64,000 nt of DNA from Guillardia theta CCMP2712 (Eukaryota; Protista; Cryptophyta), in the NCBI RefSeq assembly GCF_000315625.1, contig NW_005434658.1, positions 939,652 through 1,003,651 of the forward strand, in the 5' to 3' direction. Below the pieces are notes generated by a model that did no database searches, was not told where the DNA came from, and worked only from the letters and a program-made list of their open reading frames with translations. Shown here piece after piece: positions 9,867 to 20,492 of the stretch (positions are counted from its first letter, which is position 1; each line of letters begins with the position of its first letter). The position numbers and the translations under genes were made by a program.

Positions 9867-9903
9867 TTATAATAAAGAAAGATAGGTTTTTGGGGCGGAT
9901 GGA

Positions 9904-10228
9904 GAGTGTGGAAGGTTGGAGGGTTTGTTAGGTCAATTACTAATAGGCCAAGATCGATCAACTGAGAAGAACTTCTTGAAAAAACCCTCCTAATAGATAA
10001 TAGATAATAGATAATGGATAATAGATAATAGATAATAGATAATAGATAATAGATAATAGATAATAGATAATAGATAATAGAAAAAAAATAACATTGAATT
10101 AGTAAGGAATATTTATAAAAATAAAAAATGCCAATAGAGAGAGGGGAGTGTGGAAGGTTGGAGGGTTTGTTAGGTCAATTACTAATAGGCCAAGATCGAT
10201 CAACTGAGAAGAACTTCTTGAAAAAACC
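9904..10228. repeat. Perfect 83-bp direct repeat pair (9904-9986 and 10146-10228)
   Basis: GAGTGTGGAAGGTTGGAGGGTTTGTTAGG...CTTCTTGAAAAAACC occurs twice. Confidence 0.95.
9991..10081. repeat. (TAATAGA)13 heptamer microsatellite, one variant unit
   Basis: Direct reading. Confidence 0.95.
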
Positions 10229-10363
10229 TTCCACACCCTCCACACCCTCCACCTCTAACGTCTATATATACAGATAAATAATAAATATATATATGATTCT
10301 GGTAATGATTTATGAAGTGGAGGGTTTAGTGGAGGGTTTATGATTTATTGAAAAACCCTCCAC
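10226..10363. promoter_or_regulatory. Candidate iteron-type replication origin: ACC(C/T)TCCAC x3, AT-rich core, GTGGAGGGT x2, ACCCTCCAC
   Basis: 9-mers at 10226, 10235 and 10244; inverted copies at 10317 and 10329; direct copy at 10355; AT-rich spacer 10253-10316. Function is inferred. Confidence 0.5.
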
Positions 10364-10724
10364 TCTTCAAAGATTGGCAGGGTTTTGCAAAGGTTTGTAA
10401 AAACAACGTGTTTAATATTTTACCCCCTCACCCCACATAGATTTTTTTATTACTTATATGATCCTTGAAGGATTCATAATTTTCATTAATATTATGTTTG
10501 CTCTGGCACACTCCGTGTGTGCGCTCGTTTGTTTTTGGTTATTTTGTGTGATAATCCGCACCAATGCGCAGCTATTATTTCAATTGCATAAAATATAATA
10601 GGGATTAGGTAAGGAAAATAAAGAGGAATAAATGAATTATTTGGGTGTTCGTAAAAATCATTGAAATTTTAAATTGATTTATAAAAGTTTGTCTCCTCAC
10701 GTTTCCAATGTATTTACTTGCTAG

Positions 10725-11551
10725 CCAGTTGGCTCCTTCCGAAATCTCTCCAAGTTGAAGAATGGAGTTCTGTACAAGATAGTCTCAGGAGCTGTCGATG
10801 TTGAGAGCGGATCGAAAGAACTTCTCAAAGAAATGAAGGAAGTCGGGTTGGACACAAGTCAAATTGTCAAGCCTTCGGAAATTCATGAGTGTCTTTCAAG
10901 CATCCTGGAGTCAGTCAGGGTGAATGGAGACATACGAGACATGATCCAGTGCCTGCGTTTTGATGGGATCCAGACATGTCTGCTTTCGCATACAAGGAAA
11001 AGAGAAGGAAGAGACGCAAACATGGTCAAGGATGAGATGGCCGTGCTCAACAAAGAGATGATTCGGCATTTCAATGCTACGTTTCAATATTCCGACCAAC
11101 AGTTCAAGAAGGAACCTCAAATCTTTCACGAGATATTCAATGTAGTTTGTGTTGACAACTGATGGGCCACTTGTAACTAATTTTCCATTGTGCAGAAATT
11201 CTCTTTGCATCCGGAGGAGGTGGTCTTTTTAGACCCACGGAAAGATATGCTTCAACCAGCTGCCAAACTCGGTGTGAAAACGTTGCAGGTAGTGCTCACT
11301 GTCCTTTGTTTGGTTGTTTTGAGATTAATCGTTACAGGCTGAGAATGCCAACAAGGCAATCGAGCTTCTTGAGGATGAATTGCAAGTCCCGTTGCGCAAC
11401 TTTGCTTGGACTCGTGATCAATATGCGAAGGTCTTGTGGGTATCCAACAAAGATTGTAATAGTGCAAGCACATAGAATGAGATATGAACAAGATGGCAAG
11501 GAGAGACAAACAAATGGCTGTAGTTTATACGAGATGCGAGCTGAAAGCTAA
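10725..11551 (+). CDS. HAD-like domain protein (ACAD10/EPHX2 N-terminal type), multi-exon, 5' part not visible
   Basis: Spliced translation ...MIQCLRFDGIQTCLLS...KKEPQIFHEIF|KFSLHPEEVVFLD...AAKLGVKTLQ|...ELQVPL resembles the HAD C-terminal half; acceptor AG at 10723-10724; 3' end approximate. Confidence 0.6.
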
Positions 11552-11633
11552 AACGGGATACCTGAATTCCTAGAATTTCCATCAAGTTCGAAAATGTTAT
11601 ATGCAGTTGTCAAGCTTCGGCAGTTTTGAGGGT

Positions 11634-12621
11634 TTATGAATCATGATAGTAAAACACTGCAGAAACGCCATAATGATCGGAAATAGTGCCAGGATCTTCA
11701 TCTGTCTTATTACCTTTCGCTAGAACCTGGTCATGAAAAACGATTTTTCAGCAACACAACAAAAGAAAACAGATGTTATTACCCCCCAAGTCTTGCTGGA
11801 AGCTTTGATCTTCTCGACCTGACAGGAGCCGTCTTCGTACTCCCATCTCGGACCTTCCTTCGCAGCTCGGAGGAAGATGTAATCCAAGGACTCGTCAGGA
11901 CGTTCAGCATTCGACATTGTCACTTCGCGTGCCTGAGAGTCGTGACCCTGTGCATAAGCTTTTTCCGCCAGGATATCTCGAACAGGATTCAAGATTTCGA
12001 GCATTTCCTTGTACCTCTCCACGTCATTTCGAGCACAGATATTCATATCTCCTGCTACAATGCAGTTTGTTTCTCCCTCCAACAGCTTATTCGCCAAATA
12101 TTTCAGTTGAGTTTTTCTTACTTCAACTGCATTTTCTCCACCACTGTAACACTGAAGATGAGTGTCAATAATGACAAGCGGGGGTAAATTGGGGTCCACT
12201 TTGACATAGCATTTGAGCGCTCCCTTGGAAGTAAAAATTTCAATCCCAGCAAATGTTCGGTATGAGATGAACTTGTTCTTCTCCTCTTCCAGTGGGAACT
12301 TGCTGAGGATCAGCAGGCCCGAGCATTGCGCAAACAGAACATTGGGAGACGAGAAACTGTACAGAAATCCCTCTTTCTTGAGCCTTTCCTTGAGCCAATC
12401 TTTAGCGCTCTGCGTTGATAATCCAAAGACAGAGAAAGTGAAAACCTGGCAAAAATTTGTCAACACAGACTAGAAAAAATCCAGGCCACTCTGCAAACCT
12501 CTTGGAGTATCAGGATGTCGAACCGACTGGCCTCAGCAGCCATGTCAGCCAGTCTTTGCGAATGGTGCGATGCTCCCGCGATGGGGAGGTACAGGTTTTG
12601 TGTGAGCACTTTTACCCGCAT
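11634..12621 (-). CDS. Endonuclease/exonuclease/phosphatase-family protein (neutral sphingomyelinase-like), about 3 exons
   Basis: VLTQNL, DILILQE, SGLLILSKFP, SKG, DTHLQ, IVAGDMN, LDYIF and a final-exon SDHYGV motif. Confidence 0.85.
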
Positions 12622-13360
12622 CGCGGCAGGAATGGCAAAGATCCTAGGACCTGGGGCCTGGAAGACAAGAAACGACCAGAGCTTGAGCAAGAGAGATGAA
12701 GTGAGAGAGAAGGGGCACAAAGACGGTAAGGAGGGACACTACAAGGTAAAGGAAAGTCCAAGGGTTGAAGAGGCAGTGCAACGAACAGAGGAGGAGAGGA
12801 GAACCAAGTGGGATGTAAAGGAGATGGGAAGGACGGTTGGAGGATGAGAATACTAGTGGAGAAGGGGGGGGGAGATAAGGGTGAGGTATGGGACACGTGA
12901 AGGGGAGAGGAGGGGAGAGGAGCGGGAAGACGCGAAGGGGGCGAAGGGGACGAGAATCGAGAAGAGGAAGGATTGGGAGGTGAAGGGGGTTTGTTTACCT
13001 CTTCAGGGTGGGTGGTTTCAAAAAGGTTTATATACTGGGAAAGATAGGGGTACTCAAAAGAGGATCAAGGGGTGATCAGAGAGAGGGGGTGGTCAGTAAA
13101 AGCTTGCTCTTCACAATAGACCCAGTTGTTGCAATAACTATGTTTTAAAGACTTTTCCTCTGGTGTGTAGAAGTGTACCAGGATTCACTTAAAATTATTA
13201 AACGTTTCGAGATTTGATGATAAAATATTATTACTGGTACAAATATATCAAGGATACATTGTTTTGTGACACATATATAATCTGCTTATATGGTATAAAT
13301 TGTTTCACTTTCAGAGGCGGGCTTACTATCTTTTTTGTTTGTTTTACACTTCAGACAGCC

Positions 13361-15411
13361 ATGCTTTCGGCCTTTGTCGGTCAGTTTGGCGGGAGCGTGG
13401 GAGGGATGGTGATGGAAGAGGCGGCAACAGAGAGGAGAGGAGAGACAACGAGAGAGAGGAGAGGAGATGATACCACGAGGTTGGTGGATGCGAAGGGATT
13501 CAGCCGCGCAGTCATGGTGGATGGAGAAGCGAAGGTTGTAAAGAAGTGGGGAGACCGAGGACGACTGAGGACGGAGAATCGAGTTTGGAGGGACAGTGGT
13601 TGCGGAAACAACTGGGCAATGGGATACTTTGGTGAAGGCGCAAGGATGAGGACACCGACTGCAACTGAGGAGAATGAAAATGTTTTGGTGAGGCGAGCAA
13701 TGGAGGTTTTGAGGAGGGAGGGAGAGCGTCTAGATCGTTGTGAAGGCTGCATGGTGTATCACTCGCTTGCAGGAGGCACGGGTGAGTAATCACATGAGAG
13801 AGTTCGCAGGGGTGAAACAATTTCAACAGGATCGGGACTTGGGTCCAGGCTCTTAGAGGAAATCCGTGATACCTTCAGCTGCCCTTTACTTTCCGTCTCC
13901 GTCCTGCCCTTCTCGGTCGGAGAACTTCCTCTTCAGGTCGAAGTCCCTCCCCCCACTCCCTCCTCCATCATATCGTGACTCTCTCCATCTGTGCTGTGGG
14001 TTCTGGAATCATGCTTCTTGCTGTGATGACGACAAATTGGTTGCTGAATGGGGAGCTGCAGTACTACAATAGCACGCTCTGTCTTTCCCGCATCGTAGAA
14101 GAGGCTGATGCTTGCCTTCTCTTTTCTAACGACGACATTCTTTCCATCATGTCAAAGCGGCTGGCTAAGAAGATAGGTTTGTCCGCTCTCTGTCCGGTCC
14201 AAGAAATCCACCTGAGCATTGTGCCAGGATCTGTTGTACGACCCGGGGATGCAGCAGGAACGCTCGTGAAGACAGAAGATCTCAACATGTATTCCCTCTC
14301 GCCTCATTTTCCTGCCAAGTCTGCGATTCTGATCGCAGGCATTTCCAGGTACATAACGACAGCGATTCTTGGACTAATCTTCCCCACGTTGAACTCATCC
14401 TCACACGGTCAAACTTGGGTACTTTCAAATGATCTTGTCATGGATGTTGATGACTTAAAGAACAACTGGAGTATCTCAAAAATGGTTGCGGAGATTTCTG
14501 CGACTCGAGAGGCAAAGTTTGTTGGTATGCTTATCATGCAAAGGGTTGTCCCTTGAAATGAAAACAGAGTTATGGTCCACCACTGGCTCCTTACAGACTT
14601 CGAGCAAGCATCGATCTGATGTGCAAGGAATCTCCTGGACTAAATTGAGCCAGCAACTTTTCACTGAGGTAAGACAGAAGGAGAGCGTGCGAGCAAAGTG
14701 ACTCTGTGTGCCAGGCTCCGCGTTATCAGCCGGCTCTATCCTCTACGAGTGGTGAAGCCCTCTGTCGGATCAAGACGTGCGCGTGAGACTGTTTGAGTCT
14801 GTTGTCTCGCTCTGATGTTCTCTCAAGGTCTCGGCTGATATTTCGAGGAAACGCAGCGATGAGTCAGGCATCTGAGGTGCTTCTTGTTTCCTAGCCCTAC
14901 CTCGCACTCTCGATTCACTCGTAAGAGTTCCTGTTGACACCGTGCCAACAGATATCGTCGAGCCTCGAGAACGAGCTCTGTCGCAGTGCCGAACAAGTTC
15001 CAACCTGTTCTCTCCGCGGAGATGTCCCATGACCCTCGTTGCAGGTCTCGTGGATGAAAGGACCCAAGTCGTTCGTGTACGGCTCTCCTCGCCCAATCTT
15101 CAAACACTCGACCAAGAGCCTCACGTGGGCGACCACAAGGTCCTCCCGCACCTTGTGACGTGGACGCTGACGTTTGACAGGTCCTCGTACCTGCCGGCTT
15201 TCACCCACATCCTTCACCGCTGTGAAGACATGCTGGAGTCGAGAGCCTATCTTCACTGGTATGTTCGGTGAGTTTCTTCACATTCTGTGCTGTCTCTGAT
15301 GTGGACAGGTATGGACTGAGGGCAGAAGATATGCAAGAGGCAATCGAGTTGATGAGGAGTTGGTTGTCAGACTCGAGCGAATTCTTCGGTCGTTCACTTC
15401 TTTTTAACTAG
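13361..15411 (+). CDS. Divergent tubulin of the delta/zeta group, most like zeta-tubulin, multi-exon
   Basis: RAVMVDGEAKVV, SGCGNNWAMGY, HSLAGGTG|SGLGSRLLE, GELPLQ|YYNSTLCLS, and C-terminal AYLHWYVRYG. Confidence 0.8.
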
Positions 15412-15561
15412 AATTGTCCAGACTGACTTGACGGCTATCACAGAGATGCGATAAGTCAAAGATCGAAAGTCATCTCAAGGCTTCCTGTCAGCCTTTCGCA
15501 AGTCACTCATACGGAAGGAAGATGTGAGAGGCTTGCTTCATGCTCGTGTTCTTGACTGACA

Positions 15562-16372
15562 CTAACACCAGAGCTTCGTTTCTTTAAAAGTACAAGCAGC
15601 ATCTGCGAGCATTCGTCCTTGCCTGTTAGAATCCATGTCCTCGATAGCCCTGGTGGCTCGGGTATCCTCGGCCCTGCGGCTCAGGCTGGAAGTATCCGAT
15701 CTGCCTTGCAGGCCTGCACATTTACTGTCAGCGTTCCTTGCTCGCTTGTGCTTCATAGCCTACCTGGCCTGAGGGGCCTGAGGGGCCTGAGGGGCACTGA
15801 TCATACCATGCCTGCCATGTCCATGCATGTAGCCGTGGGACCGCATCGCTCGGTGGAACTCCTGGTCGAACTGCTCCTCTTGTCCGTCCTCGATGCCGAA
15901 CGTGTTGTCTGTTGTCTCCTCCTCCCCGGACTGGAGGTCTCGAGACTTCTCAACTCTTCGCGCGCGATCTCCGAGGCGCCTCTCGAGCATGATCCTCTCT
16001 CTGCCGCTTCCATCCCTCACCTGCCCCCCCCAGTCATCTACTCTCTTCCTCTGTCACACATCATCACCTGGCTCTGGACCTCTGCAACGCCTCCTGGGCC
16101 CATCCTTGCTGTCGTCGAAGACTGATGAACAGTACGCCCGTTGGAGGAAAAGGAAGACGACTGGAAGACCATGGACGACCCTCCTCCCATTCCACCACCG
16201 CTCATCATCATCTGGTTCATAGATGGAAAGCCTCCCATTGTCATCTGCATTCCTCCGAAGTTGTCGAAGCTACCGCCCACCAAACCCTATCCAACTTCAT
16301 CAGATCACCACCACCAACATCACCACCATCATAATAATGGATAATGTCACTACAACTATCACCACTATTTGC

Positions 16373-16404
<32 letters not shown>

Positions 16405-16556
16405 CTTTACCCCTCTGCCCGGGAATCCTCCAAAGGGGTCTCTGAAGAAGGGGTCGTCTTCGAACGGATCATGCTGCCTCGCGAGATCAGTGGAAGGAAC
16501 AACCGCAGGACAGTAACCAACCCCCATCATCTCCCGGATCATATTCCTGCCCATCA
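15562..16556 (-). CDS. Myeloid leukemia factor (MLF) family protein, multi-exon
   Basis: DPF/Met-Gly-rich N-terminus, FQSSSFSS...HQSSTTARMGPGGVAEVQSQ|VRDGSGRERIMLERRLGDRARRVEKSRD...FDQEF. Confidence 0.75.
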
Positions 16557-17705
16557 TTTTTCCTAAAGAAAAGTCGTCATGGACTGGAAGGATCAGATTT
16601 TATCTTGGCAATGTCAACACGAACGCCATTGCTGAGTAGACTTTCTCTCTCTCCTCTAGGAATTAAAAGAACACGTTGCACTCCATATCTCATGTCTAAG
16701 TCCAAGGACTTCAACTACTGTGAAATGCGAATAAATGGTGAAGTGAAAGTGCTTTGCACGACAACATGTTAAGAAAGGTTTTGCATTTTTTGGTTACTCG
16801 TGCTCTCCCTTTCTGCTGAGCTCAACCAGTGATTCCGTTCCAAAATTACTGTCCTGTCGTGTACCGTACCACACCTCCTTGTTACGGCACCATCAAGTTA
16901 TGCTGAACCATGGCAGCTCATCGCTAGTCTGCTCTATCATTGCATGCAATTTTCATCATCTTTTCCTTCGGCATCGTTCGCTCTCCCTCCCTCTACCTTC
17001 GACTGCCTGCCGCTCTCTCTTTCCCTCCTGCATTTGTTCCAGTCCACCAGCGATGTTCCACCCCCACCCTCTCAAGTTCATCTCTGCTCAAGGACCCCAC
17101 ATCTTGGTCTACCCCACTTTCCCCTGTCATACACCCCTTATTCTTAGGCCAACCAACCCTATTCCTAGCCCACCCCACCCCACCCTTGCATACAAGTTCG
17201 AGAGAATTTTCGAGCGCTTGACTAATAAACTGACGTAACTGTTGATTCGTAACGGCTGGTTTGGACAATGTTCCGGGAGTCCGGCGACCTCGTCAAGTTC
17301 CCGGCGAAGTTCAACGGTTCACGGCCCGGCCGGCGTCACGTTCCGAGAGCAATCAAGTTACGAGGACGGTTCAACCGTTGAACGGTTCCCTGGCATCCGA
17401 GTCACTGACGGCTGAGTCGGTCGTGACCGTGACTGGCCGTGTCCGGCGGACTCGCTTGGCTACAACACGGAAGACTAACTGATGATGATGTGTAGTTGAA
17501 GCACTAGTAAACAGTGCCGGGCTTCCGGGAGGCTTCTAGTAGCCTCCGCCTAGGCTTTCCGAAGTTCAAGTTTCTTCTTGCATCCTCTCATCGTCTTTCC
17601 GGGTCGGAGCTCCCGCGCTCTGCATCGACTGATTCTGCAGTCTGAGGAAGAGGATGGCGCTCTGCTCGAGAGGACGAAATGTGAGCAGGCGAGATGATAG
17701 CGAGG

Positions 17706-19868
17706 TCACGTTACCGCGTTGAAGCACTGAGACAGGATCTCGCGCTTGGATGGCCTTCCGTCTCGCCTCCCCTCCCTTCTTGGCTTGTTCCCAGCATCCG
17801 CAGCACTCCTGGCCCTCAGCTCAGCCCCTCGTTCTCCTCCCGCAGGGTTTGGCGAATATTCGTGATCGTAGAGAGGAACCACGTCAGTGAGGACTGGATC
17901 TCTCCTCCACCCCGACGACCTGTTGCTGCCATACGTCAGGTTTGACCCACGTGATCCCCGTCCTTCTACTCCATATCTCCGTGACAAGGAAGCATTCGCT
18001 GATTCCAAGGAGGAGGAGGAGGAGGAGGAGGAGGAGGAGGAGGAGGATATGTTCTGCCGCTCCCCCCAAAGAATCTTGTTGAGCATCTTTGTGCTGCTCT
18101 GTCCCACATCTCTCAGCCAGAAGCCAGAGGAGGAGGAGCCGTCTGCTGCCCGTATCAGCCTCCTGCTGGAGGTGACATTCCCTAGAAGAACAGTGCCCTT
18201 CCAAGTCGCGTCCTTGAGGTCTGCGATGTAGGACTGCAGAGATGTGGAGTCAGAGCGGTAGAGCGAGCAAGAGGAGGAGGAGGAGACGGCAGGCAGGAGA
18301 TCAGCACCTACCGGCGATTGAAAGGGAAAACCCAAGAGACTTGAGGCATTCCAGCTGCCCCTAGGAAGGTATGAGGTCCTTCGGGAGCTGTTCCACTTCA
18401 GTCGCATGCTCAGATTCTGATTCATGGCCTGTAGAGGACTCAAAACATGCTTCGATGCTCGCCGGACGCTCTGCAGGCGCTCAGAGCGTCTCCTCTGACG
18501 TTCGGACGAGGCCCATCGAGACAGGCGAGCTTCGTTCTCCACCTTCATGCGGACAAGCTCTAGTTTGCTCCCCAGCTTCATGGAACTCGCTTCACGCTGC
18601 TTCTGCTCGTACTTGCGCAACTCCTCCAGCTCGTCCTCGTCCGCGTTCCCTACCAGAGCGTTGATCTCCTGCTCCACCCTCATGGTTGAAGGAGGACGGA
18701 CGACAACGATTCCCTCCGCTTCTATCACTCCCTTGCGGATGATGAGGTTGCTCAGGTGAAAGTCAGGACCCAGGTCTGCTCCGGACTTAGCCAGCGGCAT
18801 GAAGGGAACAAAAACTTCCGAGTTGAAGAGACCCTTGGTGACGAGCTCAGGCTGCTTCACGATGATGACTCTCCCTCCCTCCTCTAGCTCCAGCCCGAGT
18901 CTGATGGAGAGAGGGAGCCGCGTTCCGTTTCTAGAGCTGTCGAAGACCAGGGCAGCACTGACTCGCAGCGTCCCGTCCTGGTTCAGTTCGATGTGGTTGA
19001 GCTCGACGTCTGTCGTGTTGAAGCTGTCCTCCTTCCCGTATCTTCCTCCTATCGTCTTTCGCGCACCGGCCGAGAGCCCAAACCTGACGAGGAAGACGAG
19101 GAGGTCCTTGAGGACGCCAACAACGGGAGGAGACGAGTTGACGTCTGTCTCTGTCATCTTGCACACCAGAGAGACCGCAAAGGGCTCAGCGATGGTGAGT
19201 CCTGATCCTTCGATGCCCTGTCCTGATGCTGAGCTCTGGTTGTCAGGCACGAAGCGGATCGAGTCCGTGTAGATCCCCACGTCCCCTGAGATGCTGACGT
19301 CCAGTAGTCGCACGTAGGACGCGGTGATCGAGATCCCCGTGATTTCTCCTCGCAGGAGCGCCAGGGACGAGTCTGCATCCACTCTGACCTCAAGCCCCCG
19401 CACGTCATCGCACACTCGGTACAAGACTTGCTCGACAATCCAGGAGGTAACGCGCGCCACGAATGGGCGTCGGAGGGGCTGCAAGGCTGGGGTGACGAAT
19501 CGCAGCAATAGCGTGCTGAAAGGGCCTCTCAAAAGGAAGACGGAAAGGTTGATCATGTTGCGAAGAAAGCTTATGAAGAGCTTTATCCATGACCAGAGCA
19601 CTTTCGACTCCTTTCCCGTGACAAAATCCTCGGTGTTGGACACAGGCGTTCCTGCCGAGGATATGTTCAAACGAGTCCAGGAGAATTCCGGCCTGTCCGG
19701 CCTGTCTTCTCCTTTGCACATTCTTGAACAGACTCTTCTGCGACAGGCAGACCATGTCGCATGACATCTGAAGCGAGGAAGAGCAAGTTCAAGAGGAGGT
19801 TGAATCACGAAGAAGGAAGCCGATGGTAGACTGAGGAGGAAGAGGAGAGCATGCTGGTGAGAAAGCAT
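17706..19868 (-). CDS. DUF2993/LmeA-like lipid-binding domain protein with a likely bipartite plastid-targeting leader and Ser-rich tail
   Basis: Intronless 720-aa ORF; signal peptide ending SAS-FF; LEVRVDADSSLALLRGEITGISITA...MTETDVNSS pattern. Confidence 0.65.
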   Translation of the reverse strand: MLSHQHALLFLLSLPSASFFVIQPPLELALPRFRCHATWSACRRRVCSRMCKGEDRPDRPEFSWTRLNISSAGTPVSNTEDFVTGKESKVLWSWIKLFISFLRNMINLSVFLLRGPFSTLLLRFVTPALQPLRRPFVARVTSWIVEQVLYRVCDDVRGLEVRVDADSSLALLRGEITGISITASYVRLLDVSISGDVGIYTDSIRFVPDNQSSASGQGIEGSGLTIAEPFAVSLVCKMTETDVNSSPPVVGVLKDLLVFLVRFGLSAGARKTIGGRYGKEDSFNTTDVELNHIELNQDGTLRVSAALVFDSSRNGTRLPLSIRLGLELEEGGRVIIVKQPELVTKGLFNSEVFVPFMPLAKSGADLGPDFHLSNLIIRKGVIEAEGIVVVRPPSTMRVEQEINALVGNADEDELEELRKYEQKQREASSMKLGSKLELVRMKVENEARLSRWASSERQRRRSERLQSVRRASKHVLSPLQAMNQNLSMRLKWNSSRRTSYLPRGSWNASSLLGFPFQSPVGADLLPAVSSSSSCSLYRSDSTSLQSYIADLKDATWKGTVLLGNVTSSRRLIRAADGSSSSGFWLRDVGQSSTKMLNKILWGERQNISSSSSSSSSSSSSLESANASLSRRYGVEGRGSRGSNLTYGSNRSSGWRRDPVLTDVVPLYDHEYSPNPAGGERGAELRARSAADAGNKPRREGRRDGRPSKREILSQCFNAVT

Positions 19869-20492
19869 CCCATATGAACTCTTGGTTCAGACCGGAGAGG
19901 AACATCGCATGGTCTACACCCTCATCTTCTCCCTACCTCCTGCTAGTCATTCTCTGCCACGGCATACGACCGCAGCATGGGAGCAAGGGAGCATAGCGCA
20001 AGGGGGGTATAAAAGGGGGTGGGGTATTTCTGAGCTTTGGAGGACCGGTGGCTTCAACTTGAATTGCTGAACTATCTCCAGCCTCCGAGGCTCCGAGTCA
20101 CTAGTAATAGGCTGAGTCACAAGGCCGGTCACCGGACTCGGGGGGGGGCGCCGGGCCGCCGGGCCGACTCAGCCGCCAGTGACTCAGTAAGCCCGGAGTC
20201 CGAGTCTCGGAGTCCGATCTGGGGCCTGCCGTCATCGTCGGACGGTCCGACTGCCGCAAGTCCGATCGTCGCCGGCATACTGAGCCTTTTCGAACTTCGA
20301 AAGTTCGTGGTACTGCTAGTGACTGTCCGAGAACTTTCAGTTTTGACAGGCGTCGAACAATGCAGCAGTGCGTCACAGCGTTGAAACAGTGCAGGACTCC
20401 GGGAGGAGGAGACACGAGCCTGAACAGTGTGTCCGAGGACTCAGGAATGACCGCCGACTCATTGAGGCTCGGATGTTATATTACAAGTTGCA

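Larger units (their letters stand above)
1..10690. mobile_element. Right part of an endogenous dsDNA viral element (Polinton-like virus / virophage-like), truncated by the window start
   Basis: Sharp AT-rich to GC-balanced transition near 10,690; intronless, tightly packed ORFs with overlapping stop codons; giant fibre-like protein with NCLDV/PLV-type motifs; repeat-rich non-coding terminus. No hallmark capsid or integrase gene is firmly recognisable. Confidence 0.8.

Noticed and set aside
1294-10363. Diversity-generating retroelement acting on the fibre tip
   Set aside because: No reverse transcriptase and no template/variable repeat pair with adenine-specific mismatches visible; the 83-bp repeats are identical and non-coding.
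10665-10685. Mimivirus early promoter AAAATTGA
   Set aside because: The sequence is TAAATTGA, an imperfect match in AT-rich DNA with no viral ORF downstream.
1-10690. Bacterial prophage or contaminant
   Set aside because: No Shine-Dalgarno-like signals before the ATGs, motifs resemble eukaryotic algal-virus proteins, and the segment is contiguous with host DNA without a gap. Misassembly cannot be fully excluded.
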